This document shows positions 1 to 21,870 of a DNA stretch of 64,000 bases, piece by piece. The notes under the pieces are model-generated. The model did no database searches. It saw only the letters and a list, made by a program, of their open reading frames with translations, and was not told the DNA's origin. The translations under genes and the position numbers were made by a program. The stretch comes from Euglena gracilis (Eukaryota): contig CP154954.1 in assembly GCA_039621445.1 (NCBI GenBank), forward strand, positions 20,012,642-20,076,641, given 5' to 3'. The first letter of the stretch is position 1. Every line of letters starts with the position of its first letter.

Positions 1-16
1 ATTCCCTGATGCATGG

Positions 17-55
<39 letters not shown>

Positions 56-97
56 TTGTGTGTGTGTGTGTGATGTGTTGGTGTGTGTGTGTGTGTG

Positions 98-131
<34 letters not shown>

Positions 132-160
132 TGTTGTTTTTTGTGTTGTGGTGTGTGTGG
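17..160. repeat. (TG)n microsatellite, imperfect
   Basis: Seen directly in the sequence. Confidence 0.95.
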
Positions 161-343
161 CGCCGCGCGCGGGCGCGCGCGCGCATTCGTGCCAGTGTGT
201 CTCTCTAGGCATGGTTGAAAGTTCGATTGTGCATAAATACACACACATACATCATATAACATGCATGCACATATGTTTATATCTTATATACATATATATA
301 TATATATATATATGTATAATTGAACCTTCAACCATGCAATTAT

Positions 344-387
<44 letters not shown>

Positions 388-475
388 TCAACTCTACATG
401 TAATTCAATTGTATATTTTATTGCAGGCACATTATTCACACCTCGGGTTGGGTTGGAATTTCCTTCAGCTGAATA

Positions 476-9621
<9,146 letters not shown>

Positions 9622-10336
9622 CGGGACTGTGACAGTTCCGCGGGTGTTCGATGCAACCACGCGGTCTGTGTGTCGGTTTGCGTGGCGCACGGGGTGGAAG
9701 GACCCCAGCCTGACTTCGCATCGACGGTGTTCGAGCTGCTGGGTTGCGGAACTCAGGGTTGCAAGAACCACAGGCACCATCCAACTGCTCCGCCTTTTCC
9801 TCGTGGAAGTGACCGGTTGTTGTTCATTCCCAACATGTTGGGGAAGCGGGAGTCAGAATTCCTGAACTGAGCCAAGGTGATCCTGATCAGGGAACTGATT
9901 GGCTGGTAAGCACAATGAAGAAGAAAGTGGATACCCCAACCCAACAGTCATCATGTAATGGCCTCTGTGATTTTTCCATTGTGCTGACGTGAGGAGAAGC
10001 CCACATTTGTGTATTTTCATTCCCAAGTCATTTGATAAAGCTGGGTTTAGGAGAGAGCTTGGATCCAAGGTGTATGATGGGAAATGCTATTGTTTACACA
10101 CATCTGATGCTGTCCGTATGTTTGTTTGGGGAAACAGAAGAATGGTTTTTTGGCTCACGGGCAATCCACCCATCCATAATAAAAACCCTAATGTCACACT
10201 GTGCCCCATACATCATTGGGCAGCCGAGAAACCTGTTTCTTGCTGGAGCGCACCACCCCACCCCCATCAAACCCACCGACCCGATAAAAATCCCCACCCA
10301 CCCATCTCCTTCCGCAGTTCCCGCTCTCCTTGCGTA

Positions 10337-12830
10337 ATGGTGTCCAGTGAGGCAATGTCTCCCCACGAGCTGGCGACCCTGTTGGACCTGGTCAAGGCGA
10401 AACGGTCCGCCCCAGCCAGCCATGGAGGGGTTGGGGCGGTCTCGGGAGACCCCGGCCAGTGCGCGCGCGCATGTGCGCGTGCACGCGCGACACATTCTGG
10501 TTTAGAGTTGTGGCGCATGTGCCCGGGGGCTTCGGTCCGCATTTGCGTTGCATGCGTCGGCGTTGGTGTGTTGGCGTGGAGGTTGCGCTCGACTTGACTT
10601 GAAACGGGGGTGGATTGTTTCAAAGCAGACAGTCGTCCCACGTAGATGTTGGGAGGGGGGTCCGGACACCTCACTTCCCCTCCTCGGCTGGTTCCAAAAA
10701 TAGCAAAAGGTTTTCTTCCGGTGCACAGCGCTGGAAAATGAGCAAACAACGCTCATTTTTGAGCATATTGCCCATTTTTTGAATGTTTTGGTGTTTTCCC
10801 CGTAGAATATGTGCAAAAAAATTCAAGAAATCAGCACTTTTGGAATCATTTTCAAAAAAAAGCGATCAGGGATTTTTGGCCAATTTTGGCTTGGTTTCCG
10901 GGCCTTTGCCGGTCCATAAAACCAAAAATTTTCCCGGTCCCCTTCAGTTTCGAGGGGGGAGTCCGACCCCCCCCCCCCACTACCTCCTTGTTGAGAGGGG
11001 GGTCCGGACCCCCCCCCCAGTGCACATTTTGGCGACGACTGCTCGAACATCCCTCACTGCCCCCCTCCCCCCACGCCCAACCCTGGGGCCAGTCTGACGG
11101 CGGAGGAGGCGACCCAGCACTGGCTGGACATGGCGGTGGAGGAGGTGAACACGCAGGCCCTCGCCGCGGAGGCCAGGCTGAATTTTGAGACGAGGCTGAC
11201 CCTGAGGCGGGGGGGGGGGGGGCTGCCTGCGTGTAATGGAATTACACCAGAGTTGCTCACTTGGCCCAAAATCAGCAACACAAGAGCACGGGTGTAAGGG
11301 GTCCCTGGCCACGCACCACACAAACTGGGCCAGAAGCGAAGTTAGTGCCGGCCATAAACAGACAAGAACCCTTAGTGCAACCAAGGGGGGGGGGGTGCCT
11401 GCGTGCCTGGGTATGCCAAGTCACCCAATCGACCCCCCTTGAGGGCAGGGGGGGGGGCACATTCCAGCGCCAAAGGCACTGGAAGCCCAGAAATGGTCTG
11501 TTTCGGGCACCTTTTTCCGGCCCACGCCCAGGCAGACACAACCCCCTGGGGGGGGTGCCTGCCTGCCTGCCTGCCCAGGCCCTCCCCCCCCCCCGGTTGG
11601 CCAAATCCAGCCTGTCGGAGGCGGAGGTGGAGAGGCTGCGGAAGGAGCTCGCAGCGACAGCAACAAAATGGGGCCGATGTGGCGGCCAACCTGAGTGTGA
11701 GGCGGCACCAACCCCACAGGGGGGGGGGGGGGGCTGCCTCGGCGTGGGCCGGAAGTAGCCCAAAAAATGGATTTTTCCCGAGTTCAAGGCACTTGTGGCC
11801 ATGTGCCCAACCCGAGGTGCTATTGAGTTCCTGCCCCCCCCCCCAGTTTGGAGTTTGGGTGGGCTCCAGGGCACTCCGAGACCCCCCTCCAGGTGGCAGT
11901 GTTGGTCGGAGCCCCCCTCTTGTGTGGGAAGCATTCTGTTGACTGAAAGAGGTGTATATATTTGGTTTGAGCTTCCATTTTCTGCAAGTGCATATTTTTT
12001 GTTCTCAACCACGTTGGATTGGAAAGCAATGAAACAGATAAATTCTCGAGACGTGCTGTTCCATCAATGGGCTGAAACTGTGGGAGTGTGCAATGTAAAT
12101 CAGCTTCCCGTTTGATCATTTTGTCATCTCAGACCCTTCACCGAAATGTGAGAGGAAATCACACAATACTAACACACAGTATTGAAAGGAAGTTGGTGTG
12201 AGCGTTCCTGGGTTGCTGTCTTTTCTTCGCATTTTTTTGTGTTTTTTTCTCAATTAGTTTTTGTCATTGCATAGACAACGCCTTGGTCACAGACTCATCG
12301 CATCACATCATCACACCTCTGCCGGGGGGCTTTTATGGGACGAAGCCAGCTGCGCATCGCAGCAACGACAAAAGAGGGAGGGACCGGGAATGGATCGCCT
12401 ACCTTGTTGCCCTGAACGAGGTCCAAGGCACTCCATACCTCTGATTGGCTGACCCTCGGCCAAGGCAGCGGCTTCCATCGTTTTTGCCTATTTTTGTTTC
12501 GCTTGACAAAAGCGCCTTTCTCTTCAGCACATCCCCACTCAATAAGATAAATTGCAACGCAGTCTTGAAGCAAAACTGGCCGGATACCCATTTTCTTTCA
12601 ATCCAATCAATGAAGATTCCGGATCAGCTTGCGATTGCTCTTGTAACAAACCAACGGTTTGCATTTGATGGGTGGGTTTATGTCTGGCCAGGACAGCCGC
12701 CAGGCCGGAAACGAGGAGCTCCTTGCCAGATGACATGACACAGCATGTGGAGCGGCGGCGCACCGAAATTCTGGAGTTGGAGAAGGAGGTTGCGGAACTG
12801 GAAGCGAATATCAACCATCCTGTCGCTTGA
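10337..12830 (+). CDS. Small multi-exon coiled-coil protein of unknown function
   Basis: Exons 10337-10404 (MVSSEAMSPHELATLLDLVKAK), GT-AG intron, 11093-11170 (LTAEEATQHWLDMAVEEVNTQALAAE), non-conventional intron 11171-11619, 11620-~11654 (AEVERLRKELA), ~12730-12830 (DDMTQHVERRRTEILELEKEVAELEANINHPVA*). A pyrimidine tract plus AG lies just upstream of the ATG. The last junction is uncertain. Confidence 0.6.
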
Positions 12831-15812
12831 AACCACCAGATGATGACCAAAGGAGCTCAGGAATTTCCGATAATTGCGCCGGATTCTTTTCCAATCGGTC
12901 AAGATGTCTAAACTCACAGATGGCAGAACCCGCATGAGGGTAGAGGGGGTAGGGCAAGAAGGCGGTGTGGAAGGGGGATTCTCCAATTTTGGGGGCATGG
13001 TGCAGAATAAGGTTTAGGTTTGGTTTTAGGGTCAGCATTCGGGCTTGGGTTATGAACAGATTTTGTCCATGAAACCAGCAAACAAAGCACAACACCTGAA
13101 TTGAGCTTGGGTTCGCTTTGTTGTTGTTGTTTTTTTCGTTCAAAGTTGTGTGTCTATACTCCATCAGAAAACAATGTTTTTAGTGAAACCCCCCGGAGGG
13201 TCTGTTTTGGGTCCTGTTGTTGCATTTCAACCTCTTGTTGAGTTTCGGCAATGTGCTCAATTTAATGGGAATTGGACGCATAGGGTGGGGGTTGGGGCAA
13301 AAAGCCCATCACCCCCAACTCCGAGGTGGAGGGGTCAAGGTCTGGGCTGCAGCTACGGATGAGAGGGGGCAACCAACCCACTAGGGCTCCGGCCACGAAT
13401 GAGCAGGAGGACAGAAAGATCTTGAGGGCATTTCGGGGGGATTAAGGTTGATGAGAAGGTGGATTGTTTTCTGTTACCCCCGGTTTGGGCCCGCAGGATG
13501 GCATGGGCTCCCAGGGCTGAGGGTGGCTCGGGGGGCTGCTCGTTGCTGCCAACCCGCTCCGCACTCCCTGCACCCCTCACCAGGAGCTGCTCAGAAGCGT
13601 TTTGTCCAAACCATTATTGTGTGTGTGTGTTCCAGCCCACCACCCCCAGGGGAGGGGGTGACTTGCTTTTTTTCTCTTCGAAAGTGACCCCCCAGACCGA
13701 CCAGGGGGTGGCACTCAGGATCCCACAAAGGGTTTCCTCCCGGCACCAAAATTTTTGGCATTTTTTTGAAAAGTTTTTGCGACGTGCCATTTTGGGTCGA
13801 TGGAGGTCTGGAGACTCCGGAACAAAATCGGTAATTTTGTCTTTCCGCTGTTCAGGGGGTCAGACCCCCCAGGTGACCTGCGGTCCCCTAACACTGGGCC
13901 ATCCATGCATCCATGCAGCCCTTTTGGCCCCCCCCAATCAAAATTGGTATATTTTAAATGCAGAGCAGACCCCACCAACATTGTGCCACTCTGTTGGAAC
14001 CAATCTGGTTCAGACGTTCATCCCGGCCTTGTTGTTTGCGATGGTAAACCCTCAAGTTTTTACTTGGCAAAGGTCTCTCGGGGGGGGGGGGATATGCTGA
14101 GCACATATTTTGCGTATATTTTGCATATTTAGTGCATATTCAGGGCATATTCTGAGGGTTTCAGGATTTTCCCACTGCATATTTTGCTCGTTCCCGCTTA
14201 TTTTTTTTAAATGTTTTCTTCATCTTATTCGGGCCGTCATGAATTGCTTCCAACCATTTCAGGCCATTTACTTCCATTTCGGGGACGGATTTTCGGCCTT
14301 TTTTTTTTTTGCGATTCCGGACCTTTTTTTGCCATTTTGGCCAAAAATTGGTCAAAAACTGGTCTAAAACGGCCCCAAAATGGCGAAAATGGTGGGAAAT
14401 GGTCCGAAAACGGCGGATCGTGGCTGGGTTTGGGCTGAAATGGCCCTAAATGGCTTGAAATGACCTGCCATTTGGGTCACCTGAATATTTCCAGTTCCGG
14501 AAGAATTGCATACTTTCTGCATATTTAGCGCACATTCCCACATATCTAAACGCATATTTGGGGGGCTTTTGGCACATATTTCCCCTGCCCTGTTATCTGT
14601 CGCAGAAGGCTGTCAGCTTTGCTCTCAGCCTTTCGAACCGGATTTCCTTTTCCTTTTTTTTTTTTGCATTTGCAACCAACACCATGCAGAAGATCAATGG
14701 GGACACAGTTATGTATGCCCATGAACCAATCCGTCGTATAAAATCATGGCAAGTTCTATTTGTGTGCGGTTTCAATGTGGCAATCCGTGCCCCAATCCAA
14801 AAAACATTTTCAGCAGCAAGCAACCAAACCCATTGAAGGCCCAGCAGTGGGTAAGAAGACAGACGACAACAGAATACCATTCCGTTGTCATCTTCCAAAA
14901 AACCCAATAAATTTCAGGTTTGCCCCCCCCCCTTGTCTAAGCACCACCCTTGTCTAAGCACCACCCCCCCGGTTCTTACCCATCTTTTTAAAGGTCATCG
15001 TCACGGGGAGGTTTATTTTGTGTGCATTTTTAAGGGAAATTTCTCAAAAATTTCGAAATTTCTGCAACTTCTGAGACCTGATTTGGTGAGGTATTGTTGA
15101 TTTCTGCATCCAAATGTGTGTAAGTTCAACAGCGGACCTCCAAAATAAGGGGAATTTTTCCTTTTCGGCGCGAAGCGCCGGATTTTTTTTGCAGTCAAAA
15201 TTTTACCCCTTGTCTAAGCACCACCCCCCTGGTTCTTACCCATATTTTAGCAAAATAAGCACCACCCCCCCGGTTCTTACCCATCTTTTCCGGTGCTTAG
15301 ACAAGGGGGGGGGGAGGTAAAAAAAATCCCCAAGCATGGCAAGCCCAGCCCGCAACGCGAAGGCCGCTTGCATGTCCAGATGAAATCAGTGGCAAGGGCC
15401 AGCAGAAAACAGGCATTGGAAAGCCAGGACTGCACCCAGGGGCCAGGACTGCACTTCCAGGGCCACGCCGGACGGGGGGGAGAAAGATACCAGGCCAGGA
15501 GGGCACAAGAAGACCCAGGCGGCGCAAGTTCCCCAAAAATCTTGACTCCTGGCGGGACAAAAGGGACGACACCTCGGGCTCCGCACTTTGCCCTTGTGAG
15601 GCCATGCCTTGCTCGCCGGCGGTGTTGTGTGATTGTTCGTTGCGCTGGGTTAGGAGTCCCTGCTTAGTGCCTTTTTTCGCCGGAGTTGGCTGATTCTTAA
15701 TTTGCCCTTCGACACCCAGAAGAAAGGAACAGAGTCTCGAACGAAGGAGAACCAAGAGGAGAAGTCGACAGAATAAGAATATCCAGAAAGACACGAACCT
15801 GACGAGTGTCAA

Positions 15813-16961
15813 TTGACAAGCCAATTATCAATTTCAAATCTGACTTCAATGAACCATGCTGTGGAGAAGAAATTGGCATCAAACACTCGACGTGGACTAC
15901 CTGGAGCAGCAGTCGCCGCAGCAGCTGGAGAAACTGGAGATGCGGACAGAACGTGGCGAACCGTGGCCGTCCCTTCCCCCCAGATCCCTTCATCAAAAAA
16001 TTCCCAGAAAAAACCCCCACCCAGTGACGGCCACGGACTGTGGACCACAGTGGTCAGAAAGACCAGAACGAGGAAGGAACCACCAGCCCAATACGGGCAG
16101 AAACATCTGGGCATTGGGGCCCCAAAATCAAGCCAGATGGGACAACAGAAACCCAAAGGATTCCAGGGGCATGTCCCACAAGCCCAACCAGCTGCCAGGA
16201 GATGGAATCAAGGACAAGGTGGTGGCCATGGAGGCCAATTCCACAAGCATCTCCCCACAGTAATGGGTGTAAAGGTCTGTCAAATCCCCCCAATTTTTCT
16301 AACACAACAACCCCTCCCAAGGGGAAGCAGGGGGGGCACAGCAGCCCCCCCAGATTTCCAGTGGAGCTGGAGACCAAGGTCAAGAACAGCCCCATGGAGG
16401 GGAGACCAAGGCCATATGGGCCAGAATTTTGTTCAATTTCATGTGCACGGCCATGGTGGCCAAGAAGTGCAGGGCCATGGTGGCCAGTTTTCACAGGGCC
16501 AGGGCGGCCAATTTTCACAGGGCCAGGGCGGCCAGTTTTCACAGGGCCATGGAGGCCAGCATTTATCAGGCCAGGGAGGCCAATTGCATCAACAAGGCCA
16601 TGGGGGCCAAAGGGGTGGACCAGAAATGGCCCCCCAGAAGCTAAGGTGCAAACCTTATATAAATCAACTACAGCAGCCCCAGGAGGATGCCCCCACAGGG
16701 GCAGTGGAGGACAAGGGGGCAACCCCCCCTCACATTTCTTGTTCAATGCCCATGGCAGGGGCAAGTCAAAACAAGGGGGATACCCAAAAAGGGGCCCCTA
16801 TGGTATGTCAAATGACAACACCAATGACAAAGTGGAGGAACAGAGAGCCTGTGAGAAGAGCATGCACACCCCCCAGCATCCCTTACAGAATGTTCAATCC
16901 CCAGGGGCACCAGGGGTGCAATGTCCAACACCCACCACCCAACCCCCAGAAAACAAATTGA
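15813..16961 (+). CDS. DIRS ORF1 (Gag-like), G/Q-rich
   Basis: Position 5' of pol; homologous to the ORF at 32511+; 24-bp tandem repeats encoding GQGGQFSQ; start uncertain. Confidence 0.65.
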   Translation: MTSQLSISNLTSMNHAVEKKLASNTRRGLPGAAVAAAAGETGDADRTWRTVAVPSPQIPSSKNSQKKPPPSDGHGLWTTVVRKTRTRKEPPAQYGQKHLGIGAPKSSQMGQQKPKGFQGHVPQAQPAARRWNQGQGGGHGGQFHKHLPTVMGVKVCQIPPIFLTQQPLPRGSRGGTAAPPDFQWSWRPRSRTAPWRGDQGHMGQNFVQFHVHGHGGQEVQGHGGQFSQGQGGQFSQGQGGQFSQGHGGQHLSGQGGQLHQQGHGGQRGGPEMAPQKLRCKPYINQLQQPQEDAPTGAVEDKGATPPHISCSMPMAGASQNKGDTQKGAPMVCQMTTPMTKWRNREPVRRACTPPSIPYRMFNPQGHQGCNVQHPPPNPQKTN

Positions 16962-16979
16962 TTGGGGAAATAAATTCCA

Positions 16980-18934
16980 TGGAGGAAAAATGGGGAGACA
17001 CCCCCCTACACCAGAGACTGCAAAAAAGTATAAAATGGTGGCAGAAAAATGCCCCCCTAGCAACCTGCCAACTTATAAAAAATGGCATTCAACCCCCTTG
17101 GGTCAACCCCCCAAAATTGTCCACGCATCCAAAAACCAGAGCCAACCTGGACCTGAACCAGGCAGAAAAAATCCTGACGGATTACGAAAAATCAGGGTCC
17201 ATAAAGAGGGTTCAGGATTCAGGAACCCAGCATCTAATTCCCTGGTTCGTAAGTTAAAAACCAGGGGGGGGGCAAACGAAGTGGAGATTCATAAGCGACT
17301 GCAGGGAAATAAACCAAAAATTCCCTGTGAAAGCCTTCAAATTAGATCACATTCAAAACATTTTCCCAGTTTTGGAGAAAGGCCAATGGGCAGCCAAAAT
17401 CGACCTGAAAGACGCATATTTTCATATTCCCGTGAACCCAACCTTAAAACCCTTTCTGAGGCATCAGGTGGGGGGACAAACTTGGGAGTTCCAAGCAGGC
17501 TGTTTTGGCCTAAATGTGATGCCACAAATTTTTATGTCAGTCATGAAGACATTCGAAAAACGTTGGAGGAAAAAAGGAATCCAGGTTTTTATTTACCTGG
17601 ACGACATTTTATTGGTTGCCCCCACCAAAAATATTTTGCAAAAACATCTGAACAAGGTTGTCAGAGACCTAATCGATTCAGGGTTCAAAATAAATGTCAA
17701 AAAATCAGCCCTAGAACCCACACAAGTTGTAAACCATTTGGGCTTCCAGTTAAATTTCCAAGAGGGAAAATTGCAAATTCCCCCCCAGAAGGTGAAAACA
17801 ATAAAAAAGGAGCTGGGAAAAATAGTGAAAAAAGATTTCATGTCGAAAAGGCAGTTAGCTGCCATTTTGGGCCAAATCAGGTGCAACCTCATGGCCCTGC
17901 CCTTCTTAAGGGCTTTCACAGACTCCCTAACAAAATTTTTGGTCACCAAATCTGCAGCCCCATGGGATTCAAAGCATGCTATTTCAAAGGACATAAAAGC
18001 CCAACTGAGGGAAATAAAAAATCTGTTGGACACCTGGGGGGGCAGACAGTTCCCCCAAAATGCAACAAGGGAGTTGCATTCAGACAGCAGCACCCATGCC
18101 TGGGGGGGGCTGGACATCCACACAGGAGAAATTGTCCAGGAGTTTTGGAGAGAAAACTCCATTTTGCATATCAACGTAAAAGAATTACGTGCAGCCATCA
18201 ACACAGTGAAAAGTCTCAGCAGACCTGGGGAAACAGTGTCCCTTTCAGTGGACAATCAGGTAATCTATTATTACCTGACAAAAGGGGGGGGCAGAAAGGA
18301 CCCTTTCAACAGCCTTCTAAGGCCATTTTTCAAATGGTGCATAGAAAAAAGTTTGAATCTACAAGTAAATTGGGTTCCTTCACAGGAATGCTTGGCAGAC
18401 CCCATAAGCAGATGGGAGTCAGACAGGGGGGATTACTCACTGGACCCCCAGCTCTTTCAATGGCTAAGGCAGCATTTCAAAGGTTTCATAAATTTGGAAA
18501 CAGACTTATTTGCCTCCCCAGGCAACAAAAAACTGCCCAATTTTGTGGCCAGGTGGCCCCACTGGGAGGCCAGGGCAGTGGATGCCCTCCAATGTCCCCT
18601 GGACAACATGGGGGGACTTTATGCAAACCCCCCTTGGTCAATCATTCAGAAATTTCTCCCACGATTGAGAATGTTTCCCCAGACCAAAGTTTTGATGGTC
18701 ACCCCCTTTTGGGATTCTGCCACATGGTGGCCCCAATTAATAAAGATGAAAGTGCCAGGGACCCCCTGCCTGAAAATCACCCCTTACAAGGGCATGTTCA
18801 CCAATTGCAGGGGGGAAAAAATGCCACCCCCCAGATGGCCCCTCCTTTGCATGATTTGCTCAGGAAAATATTGGAGGGGAAACAAATACAGAATAAATCC
18901 ATTGAGGATTTCCTGGGGAGAAACCCCAGTTTAA
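16980..18934 (+). CDS. DIRS Pol: reverse transcriptase - RNase H - N6-adenine methyltransferase (one in-frame TAA at 17255)
   Basis: KIDLKDAYFHIPV, FGL, YLDD (RT); LHSDSS..AWGG, HINVKEL, VDN, LADPISR (RNase H); DLFAS, YANPPW (MTase). Confidence 0.95.
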
Positions 18935-20059
18935 AGCGGTACCAGAGTTCCTTTGCATTATTATGGGTTATTCTGGACAAAATGGGGATACCCCCCCCTC
19001 AAGCCACAACTGACCAAGTGGCTGACGCTTTAGTACAGTTATTTCAGTTTTCCAAGGCCCAGGCACGTAATGCCTACAGTGCTATGCTTTTAATTCCTGG
19101 GTTTGGTGGTTTGAGATTCCACACCATGTTGGCCCCTTACAAGAGGCTTTGGAATCAAAATCTGGAAAAATATGGCGCTTTTTGGGATCCCCTCCCAATC
19201 CTCCTGGGGCTGGCCCAAGCCCCCTTTCCATCTGATGTATGCACATTGCGCACACAGCTGATTTTTTGCTCCAGAATTCTCTGTTTATATCGGTCTTCTG
19301 ATTTGGAGAGAATCAAACGAACCACCAGTGTGTTGGGCAAGGCGCCCTACATTAAAATTAAGCGTAAAGGCCAGAAATTCCATAAATGGGAGAGAGTTGT
19401 TTCACTTCCAAAGTGCCCACAGATAAGTCCCTTTCATTTAATGATGGCTTATGTGGCTGCAACCCGATTTAACGTAAAGCCTGGGGGTCCCCTTCTGATT
19501 TCACTAAAACCCCCCTTCAAAGCCATAAGTGCTGATACCATTGCTTCAATAACCAAAAAATTTTTATCTCAACATGGGGTACCCCCGCAGGTGTGGGGGG
19601 CACACTCCACCAGAGGGGCTGGAGTTGGTTTGCTCAAAAAAATTGGGCCTTTCTGCCCAAGAAGTTTGTGAAATTGGCCAGTGGAGGGGGGTGGAGGCTT
19701 TTACAGCCCACTATCAACGACTTGGTGCCCAAGGTACCCTGGAAAATGCCCTGGCCCCCCTAATTTCAGTGCACAATCTGGCCTCACAAGGGCAAAGTGC
19801 GGAGCCCGAGGTGTCTCGTACTCCCTCGAGGAAAACCGACCAGGGAGGAAGGGACACCGAGGGCGAAGCACAAAGACCTTGTGAGCCCGACCCCCCCACC
19901 CGTAAAAGAAAATTTGTCTTCAAAAGCCCTCGGTCAGAAAATGGGGGCCAGGGGGGGCAGAGGGGGGGGACACCCCCCAGGGACAAGAAGCCACGTCGCC
20001 AAGTCGGAGCAGCATCGTCAGCCAACTCCGGCGAGGCGGCACTAAGCAGGGACTCCTAA
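18835..20059 (+). CDS. DIRS tyrosine recombinase (frameshift in A-run ~19640); its frame is open upstream from 16921
   Basis: LYRSSDL (R), HSTRGAG (HxxR), GQW, AHY catalytic motifs. Confidence 0.9.
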
Positions 20060-20561
20060 CCCAGCGCAACGAACAATCACACAACACCGCCGGCGAGCAA
20101 GGCATGGCCTCACAAGGTCTTTGTGCTTCGCCCTCGGTGTCCCTTCCTCCCTGGTCGGTTTTCCTCGAGGGAGTACGAAAAATTGCACAGTGGAAAGGAA
20201 TGGTTTCCTCAAAAGACCATTCGGGCTTTGCACACTCCTGCTTTGTGTGCCAGCTGTTTTGTTGTCTTTGTGTTCTTCTTGGCGGGGTGCTTCTTACTGC
20301 TTTTTGGTGCCGGAGTTGGCCGATAACGTCCTTCGAAAACATCAGGTGGCCACGCACGCAGAGAAACTGACATCCGAGGATGAAGCTGTATTCAACAATT
20401 TGTTGAGAGAGTTGTTCTTCAACGAGGGCAATTCGGACTCCCACGACAGAGGAAGGGGGAGGAAGGGACCAAGAGGGCGAAGCACAAGCAGATGGTGAGG
20501 TCCTGCTCTCCTTGCCGGCTGTTCTGTTCTGGTGTGTTTGTGCGTGCGCGGGGGGTGCTTC

Positions 20562-21870
20562 TTACTGCGCCTTTGTTGCCGGAGTTGGCGATGATGAGGC
20601 CGCGTCCGGCACCTTGGCGAAGCTGAACCGTCGTGGCCCCGCCCCCCCCCTCTCCCATGGTCGCTTGGTGGGGGGCCCCCCCCTCGATGGGGATGGTGGT
20701 CTCTTTCTGGTGTGTTTCTGGGTGGGTGGTTGGGGCTGCTTGGTCGGGGGTCCCCTTTCTGGTTGGGATGTCTTTCTTTTTCTGCTGATTTTTTGGGTGG
20801 GAGGGTTGGGCTCACCATCTTCTTGTGCTTCGCCCTCTTGGTCCCTTCCTCCCCCTTCCTCTGTCGTGGGAGTCCGAGACCATTCGGGCTCCGCACTGCG
20901 AGATGGTGAGGTACTGTGCACCCCCCTTTGAGACATAATTGTTTGAATTTTTGATACGACACCCAGTCTCAAATAATGAGCTTGGAAGGCCCCAAAATTT
21001 TTCCACTGACCCAGTTGCTGGACTTCTTCCACTTGCAAACCAGCATTTTTCCACCATAAAACCCCAGCCCCTCTGGTGCTGTGGGGTTTCCAGTGGGTGG
21101 TGTCCACCCCCCCCTCTTGCAGAATTTCTTTGGTAAGGGAATTCACCTTTCTGATGTCAAAGGTCTTTTACCATCCAAAGACCATAACAAATTATTTTTG
21201 TTCCCAACCATGTGGGCTGTCCTTTCCACATACTCTTTCAATAAATGCCAGGGGCTGATGAGGGGGGTGTGTGGCAAATTCAAAACTTCTTCCCATCTTG
21301 GGAATTGCCAGCCTTTCCTTTGCAATAAAATGAAAATTTTTTCTCCCACGAAACTGATTTTTCGCTGTGTCCTGGCTAGATCAACCCCCCTGTGGAGGGC
21401 CAAAAGCCTCCAACAGATGATGAGTCTGTTTCTGAGATCTTTCACAGACAGGTCTGAGAGGGGTGTTGAATTCCTCAAGATGTTTTCTAGGAAATCAGTG
21501 GGGTCCCAAAAATGGGCATACTTGCAGACATTGGCATTCCATTTCCTTTTCAATGGAGCCAGAAGGGGTGAAAATCTCAATGACCCAAACCCTGGGAGTA
21601 ACAAGGCTGCTGCATAGGCATTTCGCGCAGTATTGATGCTGTGAACAGCAAGGTCAAGGATGGCTTCAGCCATCCTGTGGACTGTACAGTCCTGCAGGGG
21701 CACCCCCTTGTGCAATAACTGGCCCACCAATGCCCTGAAGGCTGAGTCATATCTTTTGACATTTCCCAGATTTTTTATGTAAGTGTCGATACTGGACATC
21801 GAAACTTCCTGGGATTGTAATATTTGCCTGACACAATCAAGCAGGCCAACTTCCACCTTGGGGGGGGCAT
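20562..21870 (-). pseudogene. Element 2 tyrosine recombinase (frameshift ~21145)
   Basis: LHRGVDL, HSTRGAG, LGQW, AHYLRLG. Confidence 0.88.

Larger units (their letters stand above)
15568..20178 (+). mobile_element. DIRS-type YR retrotransposon, family A, full length (element 1)
   Basis: Left ITR 15568-15693; right ITR 20018-20117 plus right extension to 20178; ICR 19779-19885 complementary to both termini; gag, RT-RH-MT and YR ORFs. Confidence 0.95.

Noticed and set aside
17255-17257. Programmed stop read-through in pol (TAA here and at ~26672)
   Set aside because: The two stops are at different codons, and elements 2 and 4 have sense codons there; likely point mutations
19636-19642. Programmed frameshift in YR
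   Set aside because: Lies in an A homopolymer and is not shared with element 2; mutation or sequencing error is more likely
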